The notes: a model not told the origin generated them from the sequence alone. A DNA stretch of 12,125 bases from a virus (IMGVR_UViG_2534681700_000010:1-12125); one strand, 5' to 3'; numbered from the stretch's first letter, positions 1 to 7,905 are shown. Program-made: numbers and translations.

Positions 1-996
1 TTACCCTTCAAACTCTTGCTCCACAGAATCATTATCTGCGCATACAAAACCAAGCGCCTCCCCAAATCTCTCACGCGGAAAACCAGATTTGGGCACCCCC
101 ATAGAACTGTATGAACATCCCGGCATATTGGGTTTTTTGTCAAAGAGATCTGCAACCTGGCGGATCCATGTAGAATTTGGCCCGATCATTTTGACCAAAT
201 ACCAAATAATACATATCGCACTATAAAGACGCTCACTCGCAGGGGCATCTATTCTCAGTGAATTGAAGAAGGTTGTATTTGGTATTGGGATTCCAGCATG
301 TTTTCTATTCCAGATTCTGGAATGATGCGCACAACGATTACGCAAAAGATTCAGACATTGCAACCATTTGGTTAATGTTTGTTTATTGTCGATATTTAAT
401 CTTTTAATTATTTTGGCTTGTATACCACCATTCAGCATCGCGTAATATTTTGACATTTGGCCAAAATCCCAGGCTTCAACAACTACCCAAAAAGGGATCT
501 CCTTCCCCTGATTCAAATGCCAAAGAATGCACTCATCCCGGCTATCTTCCAGCTTTTTATCAAGCTTTTTCTGCCATTTTGTAAACGTGCTGGGTTTTCC
601 ATCATTAAGATAACGCTGGTTTATGTAGGATTCCTTTCTGTAAGCAAGCGGATCATATCGCCCTAATTCATGAGCGATAACGGAACGAATATGAATCTCA
701 ATACGTTCCAGGGCATCCATCATTAACATTCGAAGTTTTTTATCAAAAAGATAAAGATCGTATGCCTGCTCGAATGTAGTACCAGGGAGAAATTCATCGC
801 TCCTGAATGAAAGGCCTTCATCATTACAGCGAATGACGCGCGACGTATACCAAAACCCGGACAAGCGATAATAACCAACCTGAGACAGTTTCCTCATGGC
901 TCGCTTACAATCTCTGATTACCATGCCACGACTCAATAAAATCTCAAGCTGCTCTGAATATTCCTTATGTGGCTTTGCGGCAATCATACTCGTCAC
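1..996 (-). CDS. Abi_2-family (AbiD/AbiF-like) abortive-infection protein
   Basis: Complete ORF, stop TAA at 1-3. N-terminal EQLEILLSRGMVI...YYRLSGFWY and C-terminal LRNRCAHHSRIWNR match the conserved motifs of Abi_2 proteins as I recall them. The track start at 996 is GTG; the first ATG is at 987; neither has a strong SD. Hand counts of sampled 60-nt lines give about 25-40% GC, against about 50% in int. Confidence 0.75.
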   Translation of the reverse strand: MTSMIAAKPHKEYSEQLEILLSRGMVIRDCKRAMRKLSQVGYYRLSGFWYTSRVIRCNDEGLSFRSDEFLPGTTFEQAYDLYLFDKKLRMLMMDALERIEIHIRSVIAHELGRYDPLAYRKESYINQRYLNDGKPSTFTKWQKKLDKKLEDSRDECILWHLNQGKEIPFWVVVEAWDFGQMSKYYAMLNGGIQAKIIKRLNIDNKQTLTKWLQCLNLLRNRCAHHSRIWNRKHAGIPIPNTTFFNSLRIDAPASERLYSAICIIWYLVKMIGPNSTWIRQVADLFDKKPNMPGCSYSSMGVPKSGFPRERFGEALGFVCADNDSVEQEFEG

Positions 997-1224
997 ATGT
1001 TTTTGACAATAAAAGGCCCGACCGTGAGACTCACAAACAAAAAAGTTACGGAGAAACAGGGGATCGGGCTCGGTTGCCGCTAAATCTATTCAATTAAAAG
1101 AAGATGTCAATAGGGAAAACGAAAAAAAACAATGCTGATACTGTCATAATTTGAACAAAACCACTATATGTAGTTTTAGTTCATGAGGTTATTCGCTACC
1201 AGATGCGTCAATAGTTTTTGACTA

Positions 1225-1416
1225 TTAATAATCCCTCTTTTCCCATGTTTTTCCATCGGGGTCTTTGCGCTTGTCACTACCTGGTAACTGCTGGTGGCGT
1301 TCCTGTTGCAGCACAACGGAAACAGGCGCTGAACACCTGTTAATTTTGCTTGCTGGTTGTTTGATTCCGGCAATGCTGCGGATCATCTCCAGCAAATCGG
1401 CTTCGGTGATGGTCAT
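1225..1416 (-). CDS. Hypothetical small protein (63 aa)
   Basis: ATG at 1416 preceded by AAGGTG with a 6-nt spacer. No family recognised. Lies between the TTGACAC repeat array and the Abi gene. Confidence 0.5.
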   Translation of the reverse strand: MTITEADLLEMIRSIAGIKQPASKINRCSAPVSVVLQQERHQQLPGSDKRKDPDGKTWEKRDY

Positions 1417-1446
1417 GGTTTACACCTTAGGAAATCTTAGGGGGCT

Positions 1447-1712
1447 GGTTGACACTTTCCGGCTTAAGACCTTAACAAATCTTAACATCGCAGGTTGACA
1501 CACTTGACACTTTTTCGCGAAAAACCTTATCAAACCTTAGCATTTCTAAGCATGGCAACTTGACACTTTTCGCGATTTTTTCGGCTTTTTGACGTGGTAA
1601 ATCTGGCGAAAGGCCAGTAATGGCGGGGCTTACAGCGAGGTTGACACTTTTTTCGCGTTCAGAGTGTAAAGTGTCAACCTGGCAAGCTGCTCAACTTGAC
1701 ACTTTTTGATGT
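1447..1712. repeat. Array of TTGACAC-T(4-6)-CGCG-like repeats: five direct, one inverted, plus a degenerate half-copy
   Basis: Seen directly: TTGACAC at 1449, 1495 (half copy), 1504, 1560, 1641 and 1696 on the plus strand, and inverted GTGTCAA at 1671-1677. Four copies are followed by TTTT(T)(T)CGCG. Irregular spacing (46, 9, 56, 81, 55 bp). Interspersed AACCTTA / CTTAAC short repeats at 1468-1540. Sits immediately 3' of the HTH-protein gene (stop at 1712-1714). Confidence 0.6.
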
Positions 1713-2239
1713 CATTGATGGTCTGATTTTTCCCATTCAGCCAGGGCGTTTAGCCCGGCTTCACTCCATGATTCCAGTTCATCGGGATAATCACCTGCAA
1801 CATAGCAGAGTTCGCAACGCAGCATACGAATTGCCAGCCTGGCATTACCCCGCAAATTGTATTTTTCAAAGTAATGCTGCCCTTCATCATCCTCAAGGCA
1901 GATAGCACCATCATCAAGAAAGTGCACTTCCCAGCCTAATTCCCCGGCTGCATCCTGCACACGCTGCTGTATGTCATCGTCCGTTGCCGGCGCAGGAATT
2001 TTTCCGTCTCTGGCCTTAACTGCTTTCCAGAACTCGCCCCACGTCATTTCCAGCGTTCTTTCTGGCCACATTTCAGAAACTGTGTCTTTTCCCTGTGCTG
2101 CTGGGCTGTTCCGCTGTTCTGTCGCTTCCACATCGATTTTTTTACCGGACATGACCACTTCGCCTTTCTCGATCCAGTCGTAAACTGTCTGGCGGCTTAC
2201 GCCTTTGTGTTTGGCATATTCTGCCTTGCTCATCAGCAT
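1712..2239 (-). CDS. HTH DNA-binding protein (175 aa); possible packaging-redirection (Rpp / small-terminase-like) or regulatory protein
   Basis: N-terminus MSKAEYAKHKGVSRQTVYDWIEKGEV is a classic helix-turn-helix signature. GGTGAG SD-like sequence upstream of ATG 2239. Separated by 6 nt from the stop of the upstream ORF (operon). Functional assignment is inference. Confidence 0.7.
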   Translation of the reverse strand: MLMSKAEYAKHKGVSRQTVYDWIEKGEVVMSGKKIDVEATEQRNSPAAQGKDTVSEMWPERTLEMTWGEFWKAVKARDGKIPAPATDDDIQQRVQDAAGELGWEVHFLDDGAICLEDDEGQHYFEKYNLRGNARLAIRMLRCELCYVAGDYPDELESWSEAGLNALAEWEKSDHQ

Positions 2240-2245
2240 TATGAC

Positions 2246-2917
2246 TCACCCTTCTTTTTCCAGTTGAGCCAGCCGCCCGGATATTTCTTCCAGTTTTTCC
2301 AGGGCTGGCTTGCAGGCCGCATCAATAACGTCCCGGACCATTCCGGCAAGCTGTTCTTCTGCTGTCGGCGTTGTTACTTCCACGCCCGATGGTTTCCCGC
2401 CCTTATCCCAAACACCAAGCGGCACGAGCGCAACGTGATCGATAAGAAATGGCGTACCCTCAATAAAAAAATTGTCCTCGCCCATTACATCAGGAACTTC
2501 AGCCCCACCGGACGCACCACAAAACACAACCGACGGGCTGGTGGATACCTCCCCCCGTGCTTTCTGGATGTAATCGATGATTTCCTGCCCGTAAATCCGG
2601 CATACGCCCCACACCTCGTCACCGCGAATATACGGCAACATGACGGTGCCAATAATGCGCGACCGTTCGCCCACGTCTTCAAGGGTTTTGCTTTCGGGAT
2701 GGTCGATAATGACGGGTACTCCGGCGCAACGTTCCAGGAACTGCGGATTGAGATAAGTTTGCGGTGAACGCCAGACAAATTCTTTTTCTTCGGCGCGGTA
2801 GGCCATTCCGGTTCCTGTGATACGCAGGTTAACCAGCCACATGTTGGAAAACTGATAAGGCGACGGTAGCTGTCCGTCCCGAATCTGCTTCGCCGCCTCA
2901 ATTTCTGTTAAAAGCAT
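2246..2917 (-). CDS. Hypothetical protein (223 aa)
   Basis: Long ORF in the same orientation as its neighbours and tightly packed against the downstream HTH gene. ATG at 2917 has only a weak SD. No family recognised. Confidence 0.65.
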   Translation of the reverse strand: MLLTEIEAAKQIRDGQLPSPYQFSNMWLVNLRITGTGMAYRAEEKEFVWRSPQTYLNPQFLERCAGVPVIIDHPESKTLEDVGERSRIIGTVMLPYIRGDEVWGVCRIYGQEIIDYIQKARGEVSTSPSVVFCGASGGAEVPDVMGEDNFFIEGTPFLIDHVALVPLGVWDKGGKPSGVEVTTPTAEEQLAGMVRDVIDAACKPALEKLEEISGRLAQLEKEG

Positions 2918-2981
2918 AATGTTATCCGGTTATAAGCAATAAGCCCCGCCAAATCCGGCAGGGCTGAACTCAGCACGTTTT

Positions 2982-3566
2982 TCATGCCCCCGCGAGGCTT
3001 GCAACGTTAATTTTGACCAGGCGACGGGGAGGGATTTTGAAGGCGTTCAGCCAGACGTTCGGATCTCCCTGATATTCAGTAATACGACGACCGGCTTCAT
3101 CCATTCTTACGGTTTTACCCAAATGGCCCGGCGTGTTTTCCACGGCCCACTGAGCACTTTCCTGAGCAGCCTTGTAAATCTGATCTTCCAGCACCGCCAG
3201 CGTTGCAGAATCTGAAACGGAACGAATATCCACATCACTGAATTTTTTAGCCAGCTTCTGTGCGCCAATTAATGCACGTTTGCGGTAATCCATCGACTTT
3301 TCACCAGCAAACGGGGCCGGAGCGCGACGCCCCATATTGCTGTATGCGGAATCCGCTTTAGCCTGGGCTTCTGCCAGTGAGGATTCATCTTCGACTGACG
3401 CGACGATGTTTTGATTCGCGTTATCCTCGTCTGCTTTTGTGAAATCCTGTGCGGGGATCGCATTCAGAATTTCGATAATCTCCTGCGGAGTGCTGCCCTG
3501 CGACTCTGACAGAGCGTTAACCACCTCCATCAGTTTTAATCGCAAATCTTCTTTGCTTGCTGGCAT
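2982..3566 (-). CDS. Hypothetical acidic protein (194 aa from ATG 3566)
   Basis: ATG at 3566 preceded by AGGTGG with a 5-nt spacer; the track start at 3575 is GTG. Acidic, Ala/Glu-rich protein with no recognised domain. Confidence 0.7.
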   Translation of the reverse strand: MPASKEDLRLKLMEVVNALSESQGSTPQEIIEILNAIPAQDFTKADEDNANQNIVASVEDESSLAEAQAKADSAYSNMGRRAPAPFAGEKSMDYRKRALIGAQKLAKKFSDVDIRSVSDSATLAVLEDQIYKAAQESAQWAVENTPGHLGKTVRMDEAGRRITEYQGDPNVWLNAFKIPPRRLVKINVASLAGA

Positions 3567-3605
3567 TGTTACCACCTCTCTTTTTTCACCAAAAAATCAC
3601 GACCA

Positions 3606-3779
3606 TCAGGCCGGACGTTCTACGGGATAAAGCGCCCGCTGCATTAAACGCCGGGCGACCTCATGAATGCTCGGAGCAATCCCCAGCGGAGAATTGCGGC
3701 GTTCCTCGTCCTGGATGCGCTGTAATGCTTCAATCTGATCACGAGCGAGTAAAACGGGTTTCACGCTGGCTTTTCTCAT
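3606..3779 (-). CDS. Small protein (57 aa from ATG 3779), possible DNA-binding
   Basis: AGGAGA sits 7 nt upstream of ATG 3779; the track start at 3803 is TTG. First gene of the leftward operon after the terminator cluster. The DNA-binding fold is a guess from the KPVLLARDQIEALQRI pattern. Confidence 0.5.
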   Translation of the reverse strand: MRKASVKPVLLARDQIEALQRIQDEERRNSPLGIAPSIHEVARRLMQRALYPVERPA

Positions 3780-3903
3780 AGTCATATCTCCTGAACAAAA
3801 CAATGATTATGATTGCACAAACTGAAATGACGATCTACATCATTGCAATTTATGAAACAATAACGCATGATGATCGCGTTCTTCCCATTGACTTCAATCA
3901 CCT

Positions 3904-3944
3904 GCAAAAATAAAACCCGCAACACTTCTGGCTGCGGGTTTTTT
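3904..3944. terminator. Bidirectional intrinsic-terminator-like hairpin
   Basis: AACCCGCA (3914-3921) pairs with TGCGGGTT (3933-3940) around an 11-nt loop. Flanked by TTTTTT on the plus strand (3939-3944) and by an A-rich run 3905-3915, which reads TTTTATTTTT on the minus strand. Confidence 0.55.
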
Positions 3945-3952
3945 ACTGGCAC

Positions 3953-3976
3953 AAAAAAGCCGGGAAAAATCCCGGC
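3953..3976 (-). terminator. Intrinsic terminator downstream of the PerC-like gene
   Basis: GCCGGGA (3959-3965) pairs with TCCCGGC (3970-3976) around a 4-nt loop, followed on the minus strand by a T6 run (plus-strand A6 at 3953-3958). Starts 6 nt after the stop at 3982-3984. Confidence 0.6.
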
Positions 3977-3981
3977 CTCCG

Positions 3982-4269
3982 TCACTGACTGCAATTTTTC
4001 GATCCAGGGTATTTCCTGAATGCCTTACCATTGGGCTGATGTAATCCCATCCCGGCATGTGCCCGGCTGATGGTTTCGCGCATCTCCCCGAAATTATCCT
4101 GCCTTGCTGGTGGGCGTGCTGCCTTGCGGATACATTCCGCGCGACGTTTTGCCGCCTGTTCCCGTGCCTTGTCATCATTCGCCAGCATGATGACCTCAGC
4201 CCACCGCGCCGCCGCTCTCCGGTACAGACCACGCGCTTCCAGTGCTTCCGCTTTGCTGTCGTGAATCAT
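3982..4269 (-). CDS. PerC/Pch-like small transcriptional regulator (95 aa), tentative family call
   Basis: ATG at 4269 overlaps the upstream stop (ATGA). The AEALEARGLYRRAAARWAEV motif resembles the E-x-x-G-L-W-R-R-A-A-x-R-W core I recall for PerC-family proteins. The family call is from memory only. Confidence 0.5.
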   Translation of the reverse strand: MIHDSKAEALEARGLYRRAAARWAEVIMLANDDKAREQAAKRRAECIRKAARPPARQDNFGEMRETISRAHAGMGLHQPNGKAFRKYPGSKNCSQ

Positions 4270-4808
4270 GCGCCTGTTTTCTCCTTTGCTGCCCGGCGCT
4301 GACGTTTGCGCTTCTCATTCAGCGCCACCAGCCGCGTTTCTGCGTCCTGTTGTTCCTGTGGTGTCACCTCGCCGCACGGCTGGCCTTTCAGGTCGTAACG
4401 TGCACCACCAGCCATTAAGGCGCGGTAATAGCGCGGAGACTGCGCATAAGATGCCAGCGTCGCACGTAATGCCCCTGGCCCGAATGCCAGCCCCCTGACG
4501 GCGAGATCCTGCATCAGGTCGTCGAATATCCCCACCTTAAGCGGCTTCGGTGCTTCCCGGCTGAATAATTCAGGCCACAACTCAGTGAGGCGGTTAACGC
4601 GCCTGCGGTTTTTGCGCTGGCGCTTGGTCATATGCCGCCACGGTGTCGCCCCTGTGGGCTTCTGCTGCGCTTTCTGGTTACCGGGCATCACTTTATGCGC
4701 CGACGTGGTTTTATCCTGCTCCTGTGCCGCCTGCGTCGTTTTCTGCGGCGTGCCATAAATGCCTTTCGGTTTTCTGTTAATGGTCAGCTTAGTCATGCTT
4801 TGCCCCAT
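4266..4808 (-). CDS. ProQ/FinO-domain protein (RNA-chaperone-like), 180 aa
   Basis: PLKVGIFDDL...LRATLASYAQSPRYYRALMAGGARYDLKGQPCGEV aligns by eye to the FinO-like domain of E. coli ProQ (PLKIGIFQDL...[35 protein letters not shown]). Basic, low-complexity N-terminus. Start ATG at 4808 or 4796; both have weak SDs. Confidence 0.7.
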   Translation of the reverse strand: MGQSMTKLTINRKPKGIYGTPQKTTQAAQEQDKTTSAHKVMPGNQKAQQKPTGATPWRHMTKRQRKNRRRVNRLTELWPELFSREAPKPLKVGIFDDLMQDLAVRGLAFGPGALRATLASYAQSPRYYRALMAGGARYDLKGQPCGEVTPQEQQDAETRLVALNEKRKRQRRAAKEKTGA

Positions 4809-4814
4809 CGTTAC

Positions 4815-5152
4815 AACTGTCTACCAACTGTCTACCGATATAATTGATTGATTTATTTAATGTTATTAACTCATAACAAAAAAACAATCTGCAAACTGTC
4901 TACTAACTGTCTACCGCATTAATACATTGATAATTAATGATTTTTTCAAAGTGGTAGACAGAGTAGACAGTTAAAAGAGAAATTTTAAAAATGAACCCTT
5001 AACTATCTGTTTTTATATACCCCCCGTGGTTTAGGAATATAGAAACAACTGTCTACTCTCTACCACATTTAAAAATATCTATATAATTCAATGACTTAGC
5101 CGGTAGATAGTTGGTAGAGGGTTAAGTATTACTGTCTACCAACCGTCTACCT
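4815..5152. repeat. Putative replication origin: AACTGTCTACC iterons in both orientations around AT-rich tracts
   Basis: Direct copies at 4815-4825, 4826-4836, 4894-4904, 4905-4915, 5047-5057, 5131-5140 and 5141-5152. Inverted copies (GGTAGACAG / AGTAGACAG) at 4953-4961 and 4962-4970. Degenerate copies at 5001-5010 and 5102-5119. Very AT-rich spacers. Lies immediately 3' of the primase/helicase gene (ends 5179). Confidence 0.7.
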
Positions 5153-5178
5153 TTACGTTTCAGCTTATAAATTTCGTA

Positions 5179-6984
5179 TTATGTTCTGTCGTTAATCCCT
5201 GTTGCTGCTGGCAACCAGCCATCAGCATCATCATCTAACAGAACATTTGTTATCACTCGCCCTTTATCTGGGCCTTTAGTGCATTTAGCCCGCTTATACT
5301 CCTTTCCGTATTCCGCCATAGCACCCGGCATATCAGTGCCAAAGCGTTTCAGTGATACTGGTTTTCCCAGGCCATGCGCTGACATATAGGCTAAATAAGC
5401 ATGATACAGATATCGTCTCGGGCTAAATGGCACTATTCCCGCATTGCCCACCATCATTCCTTCACATTTAACCAACGACATCAGATAGCCGCAAAAGTCC
5501 ACCAGTGAATCACCCTCGCGTTTTATCACCAGAGCCTCTTCTGATTTCTGCTGCTCATATAACAGACGTCTGGCTTCATCCTGGTCAGAAAAACGAGTAA
5601 GCAGGTGGCGAATCACTACCGCCAGTTCGCATTCTATCTTTTCCGCCAGCATGGGATCGCGTTCGTTCTCCGGTACGACCTCAGAGAAATTAAATATCAC
5701 CCTACGACGCGAGATCCCCCCGCTTCGGTCACTGAATGACATGGCGTTATTGTTTACCGCAAGCACTACTGCCGGAATACGTGTGGAGTAGGGGGCTTTA
5801 TGTTTCGGGTCAATTGCCACCTTGTCGCCGCCAGTAATTGCCTTAATTCCTGCACCATCGCCAGCGTAGCGAGTCATATCCGGCATGATAATCAGCGAAA
5901 AGCCAACTACTAACGCGCGTTCCCTTGCGTCTTCCAGCGCCTTCATGCTTGCCGATACTGTGTTGGCCTTACCCGCCAGCATGGTACAAATCTCAGCCAT
6001 CACACTTTTACCGCTTCCGCCTGGGCCTGTTACCTCAAGGAATAACTGCCAGTCGTACCGGTTCGCCAGTACCATGAATAATGCCGCCAGTACGCGATCA
6101 GCTTTACGATCATTATCTGCCACCGAACGACGCAGCCACTTCCAGAAATTCGGCGCATGTGTTGCCAGCGTTTCCCCCTCTGCTGGCGGGCTGAACGGTA
6201 ATTCACTGGCATTTAACAACCAGTCATTTTTGTTATGCTCCCGAAAATTTCCCGTCCGGGTATCAAATACCCCGTTACTGAATCCAATAAGATTCCTGTC
6301 TGCCCCGCCCATAACAGGCAGGCTCAATTTCATTGTGTCTACGGCAAATTTAATGGCGTTTTGCGAATAACTGATTCCAGCATCAATAAAAATCTTCGCC
6401 ATAGACCGCTGGAGTTCCTTATCAGATACAGGCACCCAGACAATTCCGTTGTAATGGTGAACTACATCAGAATCATCATTTATAGCCAGTGCTCTTCCAT
6501 AATATTCAAGTAACACTTCCCCTCTCTGGCTGGCTCCCATCTGATTTAGTGCTGGCCTGGGTAGGTCAATATTTTTTGTGGTTAATTTCATCGCTGAAAC
6601 TTCCCCACTCTCTGCCTGTTCGCGGATCCGTTGCAGGTAATCGCGCCAGTTCTCCGGCTCCCGGTCGGTGATACCTTTGTATAATTTCGCCTCCTGTACG
6701 CCAGCCAGCGCCAGTTTTTCAGCGATAGCGTTGATCTGGATTGGCTCTATCTCCCCCGCAAGATAGACACGTGCAAAGCGGCGTTTCTCGTCAATAATGC
6801 GGATATTCACCAGGTCTGCCAGTTGCTTCGGCCCCAGGTAAACAGGTGGCACGTTATCGCCGTGTTTTCGTCCTTCGCTTTCAATCCAGTGTTGAGCATG
6901 GGCGTAAGCATCCGTCCCGGCAAAAATGATTACCTCGGTGAATTTATCCTTCGGCTGATATTTTAAATTCGGTGCGTTTTTCAC
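5179..6984 (-). CDS. Primase/helicase replication protein (P4-alpha / D5-like, SF3 helicase P-loop), 601 aa
   Basis: Walker A GPGGSGKS present, with a typical phage/plasmid primase C-terminal architecture. GTG start at 6984 overlaps the upstream stop (GTGA) and is preceded by GGGAGGT with a 5-nt spacer. The N-terminal region has no obvious toprim motif by eye. Confidence 0.9.
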   Translation of the reverse strand: MKNAPNLKYQPKDKFTEVIIFAGTDAYAHAQHWIESEGRKHGDNVPPVYLGPKQLADLVNIRIIDEKRRFARVYLAGEIEPIQINAIAEKLALAGVQEAKLYKGITDREPENWRDYLQRIREQAESGEVSAMKLTTKNIDLPRPALNQMGASQRGEVLLEYYGRALAINDDSDVVHHYNGIVWVPVSDKELQRSMAKIFIDAGISYSQNAIKFAVDTMKLSLPVMGGADRNLIGFSNGVFDTRTGNFREHNKNDWLLNASELPFSPPAEGETLATHAPNFWKWLRRSVADNDRKADRVLAALFMVLANRYDWQLFLEVTGPGGSGKSVMAEICTMLAGKANTVSASMKALEDARERALVVGFSLIIMPDMTRYAGDGAGIKAITGGDKVAIDPKHKAPYSTRIPAVVLAVNNNAMSFSDRSGGISRRRVIFNFSEVVPENERDPMLAEKIECELAVVIRHLLTRFSDQDEARRLLYEQQKSEEALVIKREGDSLVDFCGYLMSLVKCEGMMVGNAGIVPFSPRRYLYHAYLAYMSAHGLGKPVSLKRFGTDMPGAMAEYGKEYKRAKCTKGPDKGRVITNVLLDDDADGWLPAATGINDRT

Positions 6985-7271
6985 TTCTTACCTCCCGCAA
7001 CCAACATTGCCCGGATTTTTTTAATATTCGTGGCTGCACGTCTTGCCACTGCCTGTTGTTTGTTTTCAACCAGAATAAAATCACGCTCAAACTGACGGCG
7101 CGGCATTACGCAGTCATATTCGTAAGCCTCACGGCGGTAGGTGATATTGCCTGGCGTAACGTGACGAATAACCACTCGTCCCCCACGTCTGGTGTCGCGG
7201 TAAATATCGCCGTGTCTGATTTCAGGTCGAGCGGGGCCGCTGGCAGTAAAGCCAGAATTTTTCTTTTTCAT
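6981..7271 (-). CDS. Hypothetical basic protein (96 aa)
   Basis: ATG at 7271 with AGGAG upstream. Stop overlaps the primase GTG start. No family recognised. Confidence 0.6.
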   Translation of the reverse strand: MKKKNSGFTASGPARPEIRHGDIYRDTRRGGRVVIRHVTPGNITYRREAYEYDCVMPRRQFERDFILVENKQQAVARRAATNIKKIRAMLVAGGKK

Positions 7272-7277
7272 GGTTTT

Positions 7278-7643
7278 TTACTCCTGCGTCTTGCTCTGAA
7301 TTACCTGATAACCGCAACTGGTCAGCAATTCGATAAATTCCGGCAGTGTTCCGAAACAGCAATTATCACGCAGCCGTTCGCGGGATACTTCAACGCCGTT
7401 TTCGTAGTGACTCACCATGCGTCCGGTAAAATGCAGATCATCATCGTGATGGCACGTTGACGGCTTAATCAGTCGCGCACGTTCTGCCAGCTCCAGCAAT
7501 GCTTCAACACTTCCGGCAATTGCACCATCCGGCAGGTGGTAATTACGCACTATGCGCCCGTTCTCCACATGGACCAGTAGCTGCCCGGTAAATTTCTCGT
7601 CAAACTGAATGCGGTTAAGGTCGGTAAGTGACAGGTTAATCAT
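7278..7643 (-). CDS. Hypothetical protein (121 aa)
   Basis: ATG at 7643 preceded by AGGAGG with a 6-nt spacer. Start overlaps the stop of the upstream small ORF (ATGATTAA). Confidence 0.65.
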   Translation of the reverse strand: MINLSLTDLNRIQFDEKFTGQLLVHVENGRIVRNYHLPDGAIAGSVEALLELAERARLIKPSTCHHDDDLHFTGRMVSHYENGVEVSRERLRDNCCFGTLPEFIELLTSCGYQVIQSKTQE

Positions 7644-7839
7644 GGCGTACCTCCTGACGAATACGGGCGGCGAATACCATCACGCAGCCATCAGGAGATT
7701 GCTGGCGTGCTTCCTGTTCGCTGGTGGCCTCGATGTGAATCACGCGCGGTTGTGCCGTGCTCAGAGCGATAAAACGCCAGATGTATTTATTCAGGTTGTG
7801 CGAGTCCCGCCCTTGCGGGTGTGTGGTATGATTTCTCAT
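7636..7839 (-). CDS. Hypothetical small protein (67 aa), first gene of the primase operon
   Basis: Internal ATG at 7839 of the long track ORF, preceded by GAGGT. Its stop overlaps the next start. Upstream of this point the same reading frame has antisense-like composition. Confidence 0.5.
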   Translation of the reverse strand: MRNHTTHPQGRDSHNLNKYIWRFIALSTAQPRVIHIEATSEQEARQQSPDGCVMVFAARIRQEVRHD

Positions 7840-7905
7840 AGCTACCTCGATAATCTTGCTATCGTTGGTGGTTAGAAGCCCTGCGAGTGGTAACGACACT
7901 TGCGG

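Noticed and set aside
457-666. 69-aa plus-strand ORF inside the Abi gene
   Set aside because: Entirely antisense to a long, well-supported CDS, with no SD; typical shadow ORF.
2207-2901. Overlapping ORFs 2207-2767 (+) and 2485-2901 (-)
   Set aside because: Alternative frames or the opposite strand of the 223-aa CDS, with Arg/Cys/Pro-rich antisense-like composition.
3269-4498. Assorted overlapping ORFs (3269-3463, 3439-3630, 3557-3781, 3782-3994, 3894-4232, 4057-4302, 4070-4264, 4268-4498)
   Set aside because: They overlap better-supported minus-strand genes or cross the terminator hairpins; no SD support; composition typical of out-of-frame translation.
1447-5152. CRISPR array
   Set aside because: Both repeat clusters have irregular spacing, mixed orientation and degenerate copies with AT-rich spacers. 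That is iteron or binding-site behaviour, not regular repeat-spacer units, and there are no cas genes.
5885-6671. Plus-strand ORFs within the primase gene (5885-6370, 6235-6513, 6489-6671) and minus ORF 6030-6212
   Set aside because: Embedded in the primase/helicase CDS, which has strong domain support; no independent start signals.
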